A stretch of 64,000 nucleotides of DNA from an uncultured delta proteobacterium. Its GTDB lineage: Bacteria; Desulfobacterota; Binatia; UBA9968. This document shows positions 62,250 through 64,000 of the stretch, piece by piece; positions within the stretch are counted from its first letter, which is position 1; every line of letters begins with the position of its first letter. The translations under genes and the position numbers were made by a program. The notes under the pieces are model-generated. The model made no database searches and was not told where the DNA came from. It saw only the letters and a list, made by a program, of their open reading frames with translations. Location of the stretch: contig CAVWLW010000054.1 of NCBI GenBank assembly GCA_963755715.1, positions 1-64,000 on the forward strand, in the 5' to 3' direction.

Positions 62250-64000
62250 ATGCCCGAGTTAATTGAAAGAGTCGAAGATCGATTGGCGGACTTTACCCGT
62301 GACAAACGGGTTCTCACTCTGTCCTGGATGGCGGTGATCGTCGGCGCGCTCAGCGCCGTGATCGCTTATATACTGGTTTGGCTGATTGCGGTGATCACCA
62401 ACATTGCGTTCTACCGGCAATTCTCCTCCGTGTTTCAATCTCCCGATCATCATCGTCTCGGCTATTTTGTAATTCTCGTGCCGGTGATCGGCGGACTGGT
62501 GATCGGTTTGATGGCGCGCTACGGCTCGGAGAAGATTCGCGGCCACGGTATACCGGAAGCGCTCGAAGCGATTCTTTTTGGTCGCAGCCGCATGGAGCCG
62601 AAAATCGCCGTGCTCAAGCCTTTATCGTCCGCAATTTCCATCGGCACCGGCGGCCCCTTCGGCGCCGAAGGTCCGATCATCATGACAGGCGGCGCGGTGG
62701 GCTCGATTTTCGCGCAATTTTTTCATCTCTCTTCCGCGGAACGAAAAACGCTGCTCGTCGCCGGCGCCGCCGGCGGCATGGCCGCTATCTTCGCTTCCCC
62801 CGTCGCCGCCGCCCTATTGGCCATCGAGCTTCTGCTCTTTGAGTGGCGCCCCCGTTCTTTTATTCCGGTGGCAATCGCGGCGGCCACGGCCGCCGCGCTC
62901 CGCGTCCCGCTTCTTGGCGCCGGACCGATATTTTCCGTCCATCCGCACGCGAGCCTCGGTGGCGAAGGTCTGATCTTCGCATTCATCGTCGGCACGATCG
63001 CCGGCCTAGGATCCGGTCTTTTGACGACGATGGTTTACGGCTTTGAAGATCTTTTCAATAAACTGCCTTTTCATTGGATGTGGTGGCCCGCGATCGGCGG
63101 CTTGTGCGTCGGCATCGGCGGACTTATCGAGCCGAGCGTTCTCGGCGTCGGCTATGAAACCATCTATCGATTGTTGCGCGGCGACATCGTCGGCCCCGCT
63201 CTTCTCGGTATTCTTCTCGGCAAGTCGTTGGTCTGGTCGATTGCGCTGGGGTCGGGAACATCGGGCGGCGTGTTAGCGCCGTTGTTGATGATGGGTGGAG
63301 CGCTCGGCGCGGCCTTGGCACAATTTATTCCGCTCGGTGATAGCGGGCTGTGGGCGCTGATCGGCATGGCGGCAATGATGGGCGGAACCATGCGCTCGCC
63401 CCTCACGGCGATGATTTTCACTCTCGAATTGACCCAAGATCTCAATCTTCTGCCGGGCCTGCTCGTCGGCTGCATCGCCGCTCATGGCGTCACCGTGCTG
63501 CTTTTGCGCCGCTCGATCCTCACGGAAAAAGTCGCTCGGCGAGGTTTTCACGTCATGCGCGAGTACAGCGTCGATCCGCTCACCATGGTGCGCGTCGGCG
63601 AGGTCATGGACAAAAACGCGGTCATCGTGCGCGCGAACATGCCGCTGATCGAGCTGTCAGACCGCATCGCGCGCCACGAGCCGGAAGTAAGCCGTCATCA
63701 GGGTCTGTTGATCGTCGATGAAAATAACCATCTAACCGGCATCATCACGCGCGGCGACATCGTCCACGCCCTCGAGCAAAACGGCCACAACGACAGCACC
63801 GTGGCTATGGCGGGCAGCCGCGATTTGGTGGTGACCTTTCCCGATGAGGTTCTCCACGAAGCGGCGATCAAAATGCTGCGCAACAACATCGGCCGATTAC
63901 CCGTCGTCAGTCGAGCCGACGCGCGTCGTATCGTCGGCTATTTCGGCAGAAGCAATCTCATGGCCGGCCATGTGCGCCAGCTGGAAGAAGAGCATCTTCG
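62250..64000 (+). CDS. ClC chloride channel/antiporter with CBS domains (runs off window)
   Basis: GHGIPE, GPFGAEGP, GTSGGVLAP, then CBS repeats (VGEVMD, GIITRGD, GRLPVV). Confidence 0.92.
   Translation, partial: MPELIERVEDRLADFTRDKRVLTLSWMAVIVGALSAVIAYILVWLIAVITNIAFYRQFSSVFQSPDHHRLGYFVILVPVIGGLVIGLMARYGSEKIRGHGIPEALEAILFGRSRMEPKIAVLKPLSSAISIGTGGPFGAEGPIIMTGGAVGSIFAQFFHLSSAERKTLLVAGAAGGMAAIFASPVAAALLAIELLLFEWRPRSFIPVAIAAATAAALRVPLLGAGPIFSVHPHASLGGEGLIFAFIVGTIAGLGSGLLTTMVYGFEDLFNKLPFHWMWWPAIGGLCVGIGGLIEPSVLGVGYETIYRLLRGDIVGPALLGILLGKSLVWSIALGSGTSGGVLAPLLMMGGALGAALAQFIPLGDSGLWALIGMAAMMGGTMRSPLTAMIFTLELTQDLNLLPGLLVGCIAAHGVTVLLLRRSILTEKVARRGFHVMREYSVDPLTMVRVGEVMDKNAVIVRANMPLIELSDRIARHEPEVSRHQGLLIVDENNHLTGIITRGDIVHALEQNGHNDSTVAMAGSRDLVVTFPDEVLHEAAIKMLRNNIGRLPVVSRADARRIVGYFGRSNLMAGHVRQLEEEHL

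Overview
The window is a composite. Bases 1-~7190 are very GC-rich actinobacterial-type DNA in two pieces: an OmpR regulator, rny, recX, recA and a truncated cinA, then a DUF5998-like gene and a truncated phosphodiesterase. The pieces are joined mid-gene at ~6030 and ~7190 and carry many indel frameshifts, so they are probably chimeric or low-accuracy sequence. From ~7190 on the DNA has moderate GC and looks like Deltaproteobacteria/Binatota (inference from gene style). Its housekeeping block holds 2-oxoacid dehydrogenase E1 alpha/beta, an 11-gene nuo cluster without nuoEFG, larC, bioFAD, udgX and radA. An accessory region of ~26 kb follows radA. It carries satellite-like genes, a membrane protein fused to an NDT/TIR-like domain, and a lipoxygenase between RAYT remnants. 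Its most striking part is a tandem array (~39-52.4 kb) of paralogous COG2984-type ABC substrate-binding genes and unrelated cargo genes, separated by a conserved ~70-bp hairpin (6 full copies, 2 partial). Two hairpins appear to have exchanged arms. One is precisely interrupted by an IS91-transposase/tyrosine-recombinase element, and another abuts a classical attC cassette encoding a nuclease-like/class III cyclase fusion. The window ends with copD-like, qNor, MarR, an orphan ABC permease and a ClC-CBS channel. All calls come from reading the sequence and recognising motifs; no searches were run.
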